A stretch of DNA of 64,000 nt from Fistulifera solaris (lineage: Eukaryota), in contig AP026176.1 of assembly GCA_030295235.1 (NCBI GenBank), positions 434,001 to 498,000 of the forward strand. The letters are read 5' to 3'. This document shows positions 36,301 to 47,961 of the stretch, in pieces. Below the pieces are notes generated by a model. The model worked only from the letters and a program-made list of their open reading frames with translations, was not told where the DNA came from and made no database searches. Position numbers and translations under genes: made by a program. Position 1 is the first letter of the stretch. Every line of letters begins with the position of its first letter.

Positions 36301-38286
36301 CAAGGTAGCCGCGGATTTGTGACTGAATGATAATGATACACGCTCGCAAGCATTCAAACATTTCAATAGCTTGATATCGACGCCATCTGGATTGAATAGC
36401 AGCAGCTGACATTTCTTGCTTCTCGAGTTTCAACAAAATTATAGCTTTGGCTGCAGCATGTCGACGCCACTGTGCCTGAACAAATGTAGCAGCCGAGTGC
36501 TGGTGTTCTATCGCCATCTGCTTCAAGACATCCAGCAACCTAATGCAAGCGTATCGCCGCCAGCATGTTTGTACTATTACCGCTGCTCTCTCCTGACATT
36601 GTCGTTTCAAAGACTGCACTATACTATAGACTCGACTGGCAGGTGCCTTCGCCATTGCGATTGAATAACAATGGCGGATCTTTCTCGGTTGTGGACGTTG
36701 AGGTGCTGGATCATTTCATATCGTTTTAACGCTAGATACGCACGGCATTTTGTTTGTATGATTACAGCAGCTCGTTCCTGACTCTGCTGATGCATCCGCA
36801 CAACCAGCTGATACATTCGAACTGCCAGATAACGTCGCCATTGGGTTTGAATCAATACAATCGCGGGCCGCTGGTTTTGCAAAACAACTTGCTTCCACAA
36901 CGTATACCGTTCGACCGCCATGACACGACGCCAACTGGCTTGAATACGAACAGCTGCGGCGTGTTCTATCCTCCATTTTTCTTGATGGTTCTGTAAGGTC
37001 CGTTGCCACGATTTCCGTACCAAATACCCCCGAATTTGCGCTTGCACTATAATAGAACAAGCACGTAAACACTCCAACATTCCCATGGCTTGATAACGAC
37101 GCCATTGGGTTTGAATCAATATTGATGCCGTCCGCCGTGACCGCAGGACAGCACGTTTCTGCACCAACAAATCGCGTTGGACCATGACACGTTTGTATTG
37201 CAAGAGCAATCGACGTTGTTGCAACATATGATAATAATCGGCGATCTTACACCGTATCAAAAACATGCGAACGACCGACTGAATGACAATGACACTAACC
37301 CGGAGCCACCCAAACGATTGTCGGACTTTTGTATCCTCGGTAGCGCGTTTGGATCGTACGGGCCGCGCGATGCCATTTTGATTGTCGAACAAAGCGTTGA
37401 ATGGTAAGAACGGCCCACAGCAATGTACGATAATCGCGCTCTAGGACGGTCATTCTCCACCACGATTGAATTGTTAGGATAGCGATTTGCTGTTGTTGCA
37501 TCGAAGTGGTCGATTTCGAGAAATACGAAGGAGAATCGGGGGTCCTTGGGTCAGAAGAGTAATGAGGACTTGTCTTGATACGTATCAACTTGTCATGAAA
37601 GTAATCTTTCCTTATTACAGGTCGACGCGGAAATGCCCTCCACCATGCTTGAATGCGAATTGCGGCGGAATACTGCTGATAACGTGTATTCGGAGATCGT
37701 CGGGGAGTCGCTTGCGAGACTCTTGTGGCTATTTTACGTTGAGAAGAAGAAGGAGTAGGAATCGCTGCTTGTCTCACAGGAGTCAACGCCGACTTAGCAT
37801 GCTCGATGCGATGCGAGACAGACGCTTCCAGTGCAATTATGGTCTTCCAATCCTCCGAGGAAGGTCGTGACGAATGTTTGCCCCCGCTGTTGCCGTCGGC
37901 TGTGCGTCTTCTTCCTGTCGTTCCTCATTCCACGGCATCCGCTCGAGTTCCATTTTGTAGACAGCATGTTGATAGAGACGATCGTAGACAACGGGATCTT
38001 TCTGCAAACGATTCCATCGCGTACTACTCAAACGACGTGTCACACTTTCGCCCGGCGTACCGAGAATTTGGATGCAATTTTCTTCAAAGGCGTCGTTCGT
38101 CGCTAAACTGCTATTGACACTGATAATTTCATCTTCATTTTCTTCTGTATTCTTTTGTTGAGTGGTTTCTTCTTCTTCGTCGGGTTGCGGAAAAGACGTC
38201 CTTTGATAAGAAGTATGCGACGCGGTCGGTAAGGTTCGCTTGCTTTGTTTGTCTTCTGTTTGCGCAGAACGGACAGAAACATCCAT
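33361..38286 (-). CDS. Very long IQ-motif repeat protein (ASPM-like IQ array), multiple frameshifts
   Basis: Consecutive minus-strand ORFs (37837, 37295, 36619, 35888, 35752, 34791, 33361) carry dozens of IQxxxRGxxxR-type motifs between them. The N-terminus is disordered and contains VYDRLY. Confidence 0.75.
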
Positions 38287-39444
38287 GATATTATAGCATT
38301 AACTTGTTATTGATGTTTGTAAGACATGACGATGAAGATTAATATTCTTAATAACAAAGAAGATGATGATTTATTTGACTTGCATCGCAATAACCTTCCA
38401 AGCGTTGTTTCCTGCTCTCCTTCATTGATCGCGTGCGCCGAGGTGCATCCGGCCGCACTCGCAGTATTCATTCGAAAGTACAATCCGTCATCCGTTGGGC
38501 GCGTTCTCCGCTCTTCTCGACACTGGGTTAATGTGTAAGAGGGGAGGCGCGAAATTTCAAATACAAACGCGCCCTCCAGCGACACCCCAAAGCAGCAAAG
38601 CGTCCGTCGAAATTTGGCATGGGTTTGTTAGCTTTTTCATTGCTGCGGATCATTGACCGCGCACACTGGAGCGGCCATTGTTGGAGCCTTTGACTAGAAT
38701 CGAGAGAGCCCACGCCCGATCATGAGCCCAAATGGTTCATTTCTTTTGCCGCCATACACTTTCAATATTGCATCAACTGTTGAAAATATGCCTCTGTAGT
38801 GCTTGCAGACTGTTTTGAATTGTTAGATATTAAATGAACAGACTAGAACGGCGCATGAATGGCCTCGTGACCTCCTCTAAGTTTTACTATACCAACAAAG
38901 TGAAGACGCCCTTTCGGCAAGACTGCATTTAGTCATGAGTCCGGCAGCCGTTATTTCATTTCCTTTGGATGCTCTCATGCATTCTATAAATTGAAAAAAG
39001 CTGAGAAACTAGAGAATCAGCATATAATTTAACAGGAAAGAGTATGGAAGCAGAAGGATCACAAAAACTTCGCCAGAGACGTAAAAACAGTAACTTTACG
39101 TCATGATTGAATTTCCTCTCTTGGTGAAATACGGACAACACTCTGCACCATAGTAAACATGACGTGTATCGTTTGCAAGTAACCCGGTTGTCCCTCACGA
39201 AACTTCAACACTCAAACAAACGACGATGAACCATGCGCAACAGTGACGAGCCTTTCTCTACTCTCTAGAGAAGTAAAGACGTAAAATATGATTAGCAACA
39301 AGTCGTTTATTATCAATGTTAATAGTGTTCTTGGTGATTTATTCATTCTGTACAGTAGCGAGTATCAAAATTGTGAACGGAGTGTTGTTAGCGTGCCGAG
39401 AAGTGATTTTTCGTTCTTTTATCATGCGACTTGAATTGCTTGAA

Positions 39445-39684
39445 TCAAGATCGACGAGGCATGGAAGGAGTAGAGTCATGAGACGCAGAGGACTCGCTCA
39501 AGTCCGCACTCCATCGTCGATCGGCTGCAGACCGGGTCTTGATTTCTTCTTGCATTGAACAACAGCTAATGTCGTTCGAGTCGGCGTAAATGAAAATGAT
39601 TCGGGGCGGGAAATCGGTCAAGGATGTGCGAGGAGAGGAAGTGAACATGGTGGTATTCTTGTTGCGAGGAGAAGATGGGAACAT
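39445..39684 (-). CDS. Small protein with RW..PxxPRRS motif, possibly distantly related to family 1
   Basis: MFPSSPR..IYADSN..DRRWSA..STPSMPRRS. Short, so support is limited. Confidence 0.4.
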   Translation of the reverse strand: MFPSSPRNKNTTMFTSSPRTSLTDFPPRIIFIYADSNDISCCSMQEEIKTRSAADRRWSADLSESSASHDSTPSMPRRS

Positions 39685-40816
39685 GGTCAATAGTCGCTTC
39701 AGCGTTGGCAATAGTTTCGCTATCGAGTGCTTTGGATTTATGAAATGAAGTTGCGCCGCAATCCGCAATCTACAACATGTGCCTGTATGCTGTATGCTCG
39801 CGCAGATCTAAAAGCATCTTGAAGTGATTCCAGGGGAGAACTCCTTTATGGCGCAGTTCGGATCTAAGTGTAATGTTGAGTGTAGAGCAACTTCTTGAAA
39901 ATACGCAAGTGTGCCGTTCAAATAATTTTGATGTATGTTCTTCTGGAGTACTTCAATCGTACTGTCAGAAAGGGGCAGTTGACGTGTCGATTCTTACAGA
40001 ATGGATGATAGTAGTTTCGTGCCGAAAGAACTCCCCAAGCTCAACTGCGCTATAAGACTTTGTATTTGATAGCCCTTTGGACCTTAGGGCAATTGCGGCG
40101 AAGAATTCATCGAACGTGCTGGAGGCTGGAGGCTGAAGGCACTCTCGAAAGACTCTATCAGAAGATCTCGCATCTCGCGTCTCGCATCTGGCTGGCTCGA
40201 CTCCTCACTCCTCACGAATAGTAGTATAGAAGAAGAAGGACTTGCATTCTACATCTTACATCCTATCTGTAAAAGTTGAGAGCTACATTTTTGTTTGTAG
40301 AGATGAATGATAACGAGAACTGTGATTTCAATTATCGCTGGTGGCTCGTGGCTCGTGGAAGATGTATTGTGTCTCGTATACATGCCATTAGTTTGAGTGG
40401 AAACGCTTTAATGCGAGGCATTTAATATCTAGGTAGCATTTTTTGCTTTACCATTAGAAATCAAAGCAGCGATCAGCACCAAAGTACCGGGTAGCAGAGT
40501 ATCACGGATCACAGTATCGACCATCTCGAGTGGCTACTGGTTATAACAAACAACAAAGTTCCACCACTACAGCCTTCTGGGCCTTCAAGTCTGCAAGTAA
40601 GAGAAATGGGAATAATGTTACGTGATAGACCGGCTACGATGATCAAGCCTGGAAGCCGGTGAAAAGATATATTTCCTTCCGCTCATTTTCAAATCTTTTG
40701 CCAATTTCATGAAAAATTAGAAGCAGTTTTATAAAAGGGAATTGTCAACGTTTTAGTTATTGATCTTAGTCCATACTCGTGTAATTTTGTTTGCTTATAA
40801 TCATAAAATATAAAAG

Positions 40817-40890
40817 TACTCCCGATGTGGCTCGAACACACGACCTTGGGTTTATTAGACCCACGCTCTAACCAGCTGAGCTACGGGAGC
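40817..40890 (-). tRNA. tRNA-Ile (anticodon AAT)
   Basis: GCTCCCGTAGCTCAGCTGGTTAGAGCG TGGGT CTAATAA ACCCA AGGTC GTGTG TTCGAGC CACAT CGGGAGT A folds as a full cloverleaf, followed by a TTTT Pol III terminator. Confidence 0.97.
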
Positions 40891-41053
40891 TACGTCGCGA
40901 AATGAGGTTCCACATGGGTACACAATCAAAGCATCTGTGGGGTGAAAGTCATCGCCTTTGAATTTGAATAGGAACAGATGAGTAATTGGTACGAATCAAA
41001 CAATAAATGCTTATCAAAAATATATGGCTCCAAGTTATTGTTTGCTCTGCTGA

Positions 41054-42326
41054 CTATGCTGCGCTTTGCATTAACTTCATTGGGAGCTCCGCGTTTGTGT
41101 TCTTCACTTGGACGGTCTCATAGCTAGTCTCGACATTTCCCCAAACGGCATTTTGCATGTTACCGCCAGCTTGAGCCAAATCGACAGAGTACGAAGATGA
41201 ACGGTGAATATGAGTTCCGGGTCGGTCCAATTTACTGGTAAGTAGATTCGAGCACGACTTGGTTCCGCCTCCTCCTAACTTGCTGCGATATGCCTCGGCC
41301 AGGAGCACGGGGTCACTCGGAATCCTCTTGATTCTCTGTCGAGCTTGCTCGAACATCACCGCATCAATCGCTTCCTTTCGCTTTTCCTTCAACTCTCGTC
41401 GGTTAATGAAAGTCTCCAGACCATGCAAGGTACTCGACTCGGACTCCTCGAATGCTCCTGTCTTTTGTTCACGCAACGCTCGTTTAATGTTGTTCTTCAT
41501 CCCAGTGTACTCCTTGTCGCTATACCAAACCGAGTTTTTCAATTCCGATTCGCACATTTCAATAGCTTTAACCGACTGAACTGGATTCTCCTCAAATGAA
41601 ACGCACTTTTTCATACCCGAACTGCTCTTTTTCCTCTGAAGGCCCTTCGTAGTAAAATTACAGTGTGATCGACTCGAGGTAAGTGCTGCTTGCTTAGTGA
41701 CCATTCGCATAAGTGATTGAGAGTTCCTTTGTGGCTGATCAGCATCCTTCAACTTGTTTTCCGCAATCTTGCGCTGTAACAGGCTTTTCATCGAATCGGT
41801 ATTGCTCAAAGATGGAGTGCGCTGTTGAGAGTCATGAAGCGCGAGGCCTTTCATTTCTGGAAGAGGACCGACGACATCCGTCTTTTCATTTTGTGAATCT
41901 TGTGAAGGTAGTTTTTGAATGGAATGTAAAATTGTATTCGGTGCATTCGACTGTCGTGAATTTCCTTCTGTTTCGGCTCGTTTCGGAACCGCCAGTTGTG
42001 CCTGCAGATTCTTCATCAAAGTACTTCTCGTTTCGTCGCTCATGGCTCCCCATAAAGCCGTGAGTCGATCAGGATTATTATTCACTGGACCTGCTTCGGC
42101 ACTCTTCATGATGCTTGCTCTCGGCACAAAAGTGGCATTCGTAGAAGCCGCGGTAGAAACAGAAGGGCCATCGGTGAGCGACGAACTTGTCTTTGACAGA
42201 TCCTCTCGGCTGCCCCATTTCTGCTTCCAGAAACTCTGGTAAATTGGAATTGGAAGCCCTGCGGACAGTGGCTGCTGTCTTCGGGGAAGATACACTTTCG
42301 ACGGTAAGCTTCGTCATGGTCATCAT
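41054..42326 (-). CDS. Family 2 (VxF..WYS..E..GLE) protein, long member; probable frameshift near the 5' end
   Basis: KKCVSFEENPV..VWYSDKEY..FEESESSTLHGLE..AVMFEQARQ..LLAEAY. Confidence 0.75.
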
Positions 42327-43460
42327 GGTAAAATAGGTGGAGAAATTGAGAACGTGGTGCCGTCTCAAAATTTGTGCGGATCGCAAATTGTACTTTGCAG
42401 TTCACAACCACTACACGAGCTTTTTCGCGGCGTTTCCAAGCGGCGATAAGATTGCGGTGTTCGTAAAGATACTCCGTAGATCATGACTCGAGACTCCTGA
42501 CTGATTTATGACTTATGGAGGGCTATTCGCTGCGGTGACGAATTTACGTATTAACTTGAAAGTATGATAGGTAATGTACATTGGGACAAAGTGACAGAAC
42601 GCATATCTGGCTACAGTTGGTCTTGCGTTGCACTATTGCCCATAGCAGCTTGCCACTTGCCATTTGCCATTAGCCCTATGTTCTACGTATGTTATATCTT
42701 TCCATTATCACTGTGTTATGCCTTATGCCTCGTCCCTCGTCCTCGTCGTGCCTTTGTGCCTTTTGCCTCTTGACCTTGACCCTTTGACTGTAGCCCGAAG
42801 CCCCCTCACCCCCTCACTAATTTGTGACGTGATTCAGCTACGTAGTATTTCTCCGATCTCATGACTAGAATAAATAAAATCTATAGCATGAGCAACTTAT
42901 TTCTCTGAGCTCTTGATTCTTGCATTCTTTATGATGAAGCAAGGCGAAAACAGGATGAATTTAAAGAAAGACGAGGCATTATATTTCGCCGTGAGGTAAG
43001 ATATGAAAGGGGGAAGAATAAGTGATGACTTCTTCGCCCTTGGCCTCTCGAAATAGACCGTGGTCAAGTCGCCCTGAAAGTCATCCTAGCGAAATCTGGC
43101 AGAGTAAAATGGTAATGTAGCTTTATTGCTATTGATTCTCGGGTTGAAGCACCGAATCTAGACGCAATGGAGGCATGGATCATCTTCTTGTAAGAACTAC
43201 CTCGTGTACTAGGTGCGAAAGACTGGGGAGTGGTTGCATGTTAACCGTGAGGGTTGAAATTAGGTTTAAACGCCATCTGTTTCGGAAAGCAGCTCGCCAG
43301 ATAGCACGGAACGGCAATGGTAACCCCTGTTTCAGTTTTGAGCCAGCGTTTGTTGAAAAGAGACTTCTTTGACGAATACTCTTGTTACCTGCAATCATTC
43401 TCTTCTGGCGCCGCCACGTCAAGCACATTTGGCTATCGCAGCAAAGTAGAGCAAGTGCAT

Positions 43461-43960
43461 TCACGACAGATAGGAGCAGGAATAGGGTATACACATCCGC
43501 TTGGACGGCACCAGTCGATTCACTTGCTCCATCTTTTGTCGATACGCTTCGGCCAGCAATTCGGGCGATTTTGGACCAATCTCCTGTCGCGATTGCTCGG
43601 AAAATACCGCTTCATAAATCTGATTTCGTTTCCATCGCGACTTTTTCGTTCCACCAAAACATCCAGTCCCAGGAATGTCTCTGCTTCGGTTTCCTCGAGT
43701 GGACCGTACAAGCGACTGCGACGAATCAATGCCAAATTGCGTTCTTTGATGAACTGAATCTCAGTTTCGCTGTACCAGATTCGCGCAGGATGTTCTCGAG
43801 CCTCCGTGTCGTCGAAGAGAATGACCGATTGTACGGGATTTTCCGGAAAACACACTCGTTTTCGACACATTGCTTTACTTTGTTGTATGGGCTTTTGAAA
43901 TGTTGCTAAGCAACGCAAACGTTTTCGGATCGGAAGAACCATTCGTCGCAGTCGTCGCAA
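43461..43960 (-). CDS. Family 2 member, frameshifted; start uncertain
   Basis: RKRVCFPENPV..IWYSETE..TFLGLD, then in a shifted frame AVFSEQSRQ..LLAEAYRQK to a stop at 43461. Confidence 0.65.
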
Positions 43961-44551
43961 AGAGGTTATGTTTCACGGCTTCTAGAAGAGGTCATACAAA
44001 GCCACAACTCACAGTCGAGCAGCTGATGAAGTAACTGCAATGCTGCTCTGCTCGAGGTGTCGTCGAATGCCGACGGCTTTGCCCTCGCAGCCAAGCATTT
44101 CTTTTCTATTAGCGTTGAAATAATGCTTCCTTGTCACAAGTCGGAAGCAGATCGGAAGCCGAAGCTTTTGTTCGCGCATGCAACATGCAAGAACGTTGCA
44201 TGCAATCCGAAGCGAAACTACTTTCTAGCAGTGTGTCAATTTTTAGTCTCAGATTTACAGTACATGAATGAGAACTGCGGCACGACCGATGCCAGTTGTC
44301 TGTCCGACGTCACACAACATCGTTCACCACGCACACCATCCAAACAGCTTTCAATCACGAACGACCTTGAGAAGAAAAAGAGCTTCATCGAACATCCTAG
44401 ACCCGCAGTAGACTGAATAGCAGCAGAATGAATAGCCAGCTACTTCGAATGCAATTTGCTCTATGATCTTTCGTTCCTATTATGAGACTAAGCTATGAGT
44501 GTTGATTTAAATATGATACATTCAGCTCCGAACGGATGCTTCGCGGCCGCT

Positions 44552-45071
44552 TCACGCCAGTCGTTCCATTTGCTCTTGGTAGACTTTGGCAATTCGTTCT
44601 TGATTCACGGTTCTCCGTCTGCTACTGAGTTTTTGCTGTTCTCGCAAGACTGCTCCGTAAATAGTTTCTCGTTTCGTTTGAATTTTGTCGCCGTCTAACA
44701 TACTGTCGAGTCCCAAAAGGTGTGATCGTCGGACTCTTCAAAGTCGCCACTCTCTTTCAAGTACACAATTAACTGGTTGCGTTTCTTGATGAGCTTCATT
44801 TCTGCCTTGCTGTACCAGATGTCGGTCTTTTGTTCATGTAAAGCAACTTTTCGTACGTCCGAAACAGGGTCTTCTTCGAAGGAAACCGATCGAATGAGTT
44901 TTCGTGTCGAAGCTTTGCGGACGGGTTTGCGCGGGCTCAATTTGCCCCAAAGCGACTTGTTCGTCGTCGACGACGAAGCTGTGATGGTAGATGATTCCGA
45001 ATCATCGGAAAAACGCTTGCCATGGATGGACGGTGAGAGATGGAGCGCACAGGGTTGTTGTTGATCGGCAT
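44552..45071 (-). CDS. Family 2 member, frameshifted
   Basis: IRSVSFEEDPV..IWYSKAE..FEESDDHTF, then shifted GLD..AVLREQ..IAKVYQEQMERLA-stop. Confidence 0.65.
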
Positions 45072-46856
45072 GTTGGTGTTTGTTGGTTGTGATGAGGCTG
45101 GATCGATGAGATTTATGCGACGATCTTTCGAAGGAGGTTTTGAGCGGGGCACATGTAAGAATGAACTTAAGCCGTCACTTTGAAAAGGTCCGTCGAACAA
45201 TCACGGGCGAACTGTGGTCCGAACCAATATTGCATACAAACTTGGTCGGATTCCCTACTAGATTCTATGGCTGTTTTTGTGTATAATGTTTAACTGAACC
45301 AATGTCTGTTAGTGTCCGAGTCTCACAGTAGATTTAATTCACTTGAAACTTTTGGGGCCATAGACAAACAGGAGCTGCCCAAGCTATTTTTTCAATTCGG
45401 GTTCTTGGTTCCGGATTCAAGAAGATTCGCAACTTTATTCCTCCGAGTTTCCTCGTTGTTCGGAATTTCGGACTACCGTTCCAGCCTACAGTTTTACGTA
45501 TAGTCGTCGAAGTCAATGCATAGTTTGAGATAGTTCCTATAACCAACCATGTGCAAGAGCAAGATTGCGTTAAGGGCAAAAGAATACGTATTTACCGACG
45601 ACAAGGTTAAAGGACCTTGAGGTTTCATTTGACGTTTCATTTGACGCCTAATCCCTACTCGCAAGCAAACGTCAAACGTCAAGTCTCAAGTCATAAGTCA
45701 TAAGCACCATGTCGACAGTTGAAACGCTTGCTTGTTTTTTTGTTCGGATTTGGGCACTCCTGTTTTTAATTAGTGCTTAGTGCTTACTGTAGTCGTTATT
45801 GGTTATTGTAGTCAATGTCAAAGGTCAACGATCATACTGGTTTTCGGGTTTTCGTTTTCGTCGGGGACTTCCCTAAAGGAGAAACGAAGAACCGAATGAC
45901 CAAAAATAATGACATTCTATATTCTATTTGCATCTACCAGGTAGTCTATAGTCTATAGTCTCGCGTCTCACACAAACAGCTCAAGGCTCAAGCTTACCAG
46001 GGAGACACGGGAACGCACCTCTGCTTGGTACATTTTTCTACGGGGGCCTACGTGAGTGTACACTTTTCCCGAACCTTCCGACTCTCTCTAGAGGTACTAC
46101 TAGTTGTTGCATAGACTATGACAGCGCGGGGAAACCATGAATGCGAAATTTCTGACGGATAAAGTTCGACTCCTTGTCGATTGTCGACACTCGGGAATCA
46201 CGAGTATAGACTAGGAACTAGGTCTAAAGGGTCTCGTTCTTGTGTTTTTGAGTTTTTCCGCGCTTCGCGGCTAGATGGAATGCGGAGCACGGAGTAAATG
46301 GCAACGAATGATAAATTTGTATCTTTCTATAAAAATATACTGTAGTCTAGAAGCAAACGTTTATTTTAAATTTGAAAATGAGCGACGACTGACGAACTAG
46401 ACAAAGAACTAGTCTACGAGTGCCGCCTTTTCATTTCGTTCGTGTCGGTTGGCCATTGAACTTGGACTTGACACAAACGACTTGATAAACGACCAGCAAG
46501 ATACTGGTGCTAAGTTGCATTAGTTTTACAGCTCTCTATTATTGATGATTGGAGCCCGCTCTTTACGACTCGAGCCAGCTCATATGTGAGGAGAAAAAGT
46601 GACCGTTGGCGCCTTCATTTTAAAAACTACATATGAATGCAATAACTTAAACAGAAAGACCTTTAGCAAAAGCTCGAAACGAAGCTATGGGTAAGGCTTC
46701 AGTAACCCGATCGACCATACTTTAGCATTTATTTACAGATTTGAAATAGAAGTAAATGAAAAGTGGTAATTATTTGATGTTACAAAACCCAAATTGCTTT
46801 AGCTGGTGCCTTGCGTAAAGCGAACTGATGCCGTTCGCAGTCTTAATACTGTAAAA

Positions 46857-47341
46857 CTAAAATCTTCCGAAGCAGTTCATGTCACAATTGATAGGATTGG
46901 CTTGTGATGACTGGGAAAAACACTGAAATTGTTGCATCTGCTCCTCCTGCTGACGCCTGAGTTGTGCCTGCAGTTGCGCCTTGGCAATCTTTCGTTGCAG
47001 CTCTTTGCGAAGATGCTTCTCTAGCCCCGAGAAAGTGCACTTATCGGACTCCTCAAACGTTCCGTTGAGTCGTTCATTAAATGCTTGCAAAATATCTTTG
47101 TGTATGCTTCGGTAATCCTCGCGTGTGTACCAGACGTCCGCCTTATTTTCAACACGTTCGATGAAAAATAAAGCCGTTTCATTGTCGTTGAAGGAGACGG
47201 ATCTCCTTCGGATCGTTTTTGTCGCTTGTGTGGCCTTTCCTTCAGTTTGTCATTGTGCATCGCGTAAATTTGTAGATATAAACTCAAAGCATGCAAGCTT
47301 TCTGCTTGACTTTGGTTCGTCGTTGGAAGAGTATTCATCAT
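46857..47341 (-). CDS. Family 2 member, frameshifted
   Basis: Manual frame join gives RRRSVSFNDNE..DVWYTREDY..FEESDKCTFSGLEKH. Confidence 0.65.
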
Positions 47342-47961
47342 ATTTGTTGTTATGCTACCTGGTAACTGAAATCGGAGACGCAATCGATGTGATGATTGAT
47401 GATTCGCAAGATACTGGTAATGGCGTAAACAAACATCATCTTTCGTCCTCAAGGATGAGAACCCAGAATTACGTGGTGGCGGTTTGGCATGTCTCGACAA
47501 GGCGAAGAATAAAAGAACGAGATCGACGTGGCGCAAAAACATAAATACGTCGACGACGAAAACTTATTTCATCTAACACTATCACTTAGAGGGTACGGCC
47601 GAAAACCGAAGAACAAAGATTCTGTATAAAAACTCAATTGATCATTGATCGTTCCCAGTTTCTAATTGCCGCGAACGAACGCCAAGGTAGACCGGTCGGT
47701 GGAAAGTAACAATAGTAACATGAAATGACGTGGACATTATTTGTTATTGAAGTAAGGAATGGACATCAGCATCTATTGAGTAACTCTACCCATAATCGGG
47801 ACCGATGAGCCATCCTACCTAAGATGCACAGCCTTTGATCAAATTTAGATCCTCTTACCGGGAAAAGTTCGAAAAGTCAGCTACTACTCAGGTGCCCCAT
47901 TTCCCAAAAATGTTCAAATGCATTCGTAAACAATCTTTTCTTATCTTATAGATTATGGGTA

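Noticed and set aside
29382..38286. APC4 plus IQ/ASPM-like gene as a mitotic gene cluster
   Set aside because: Two neighbours in a gene-dense eukaryote, with no shared regulatory evidence; likely coincidence.
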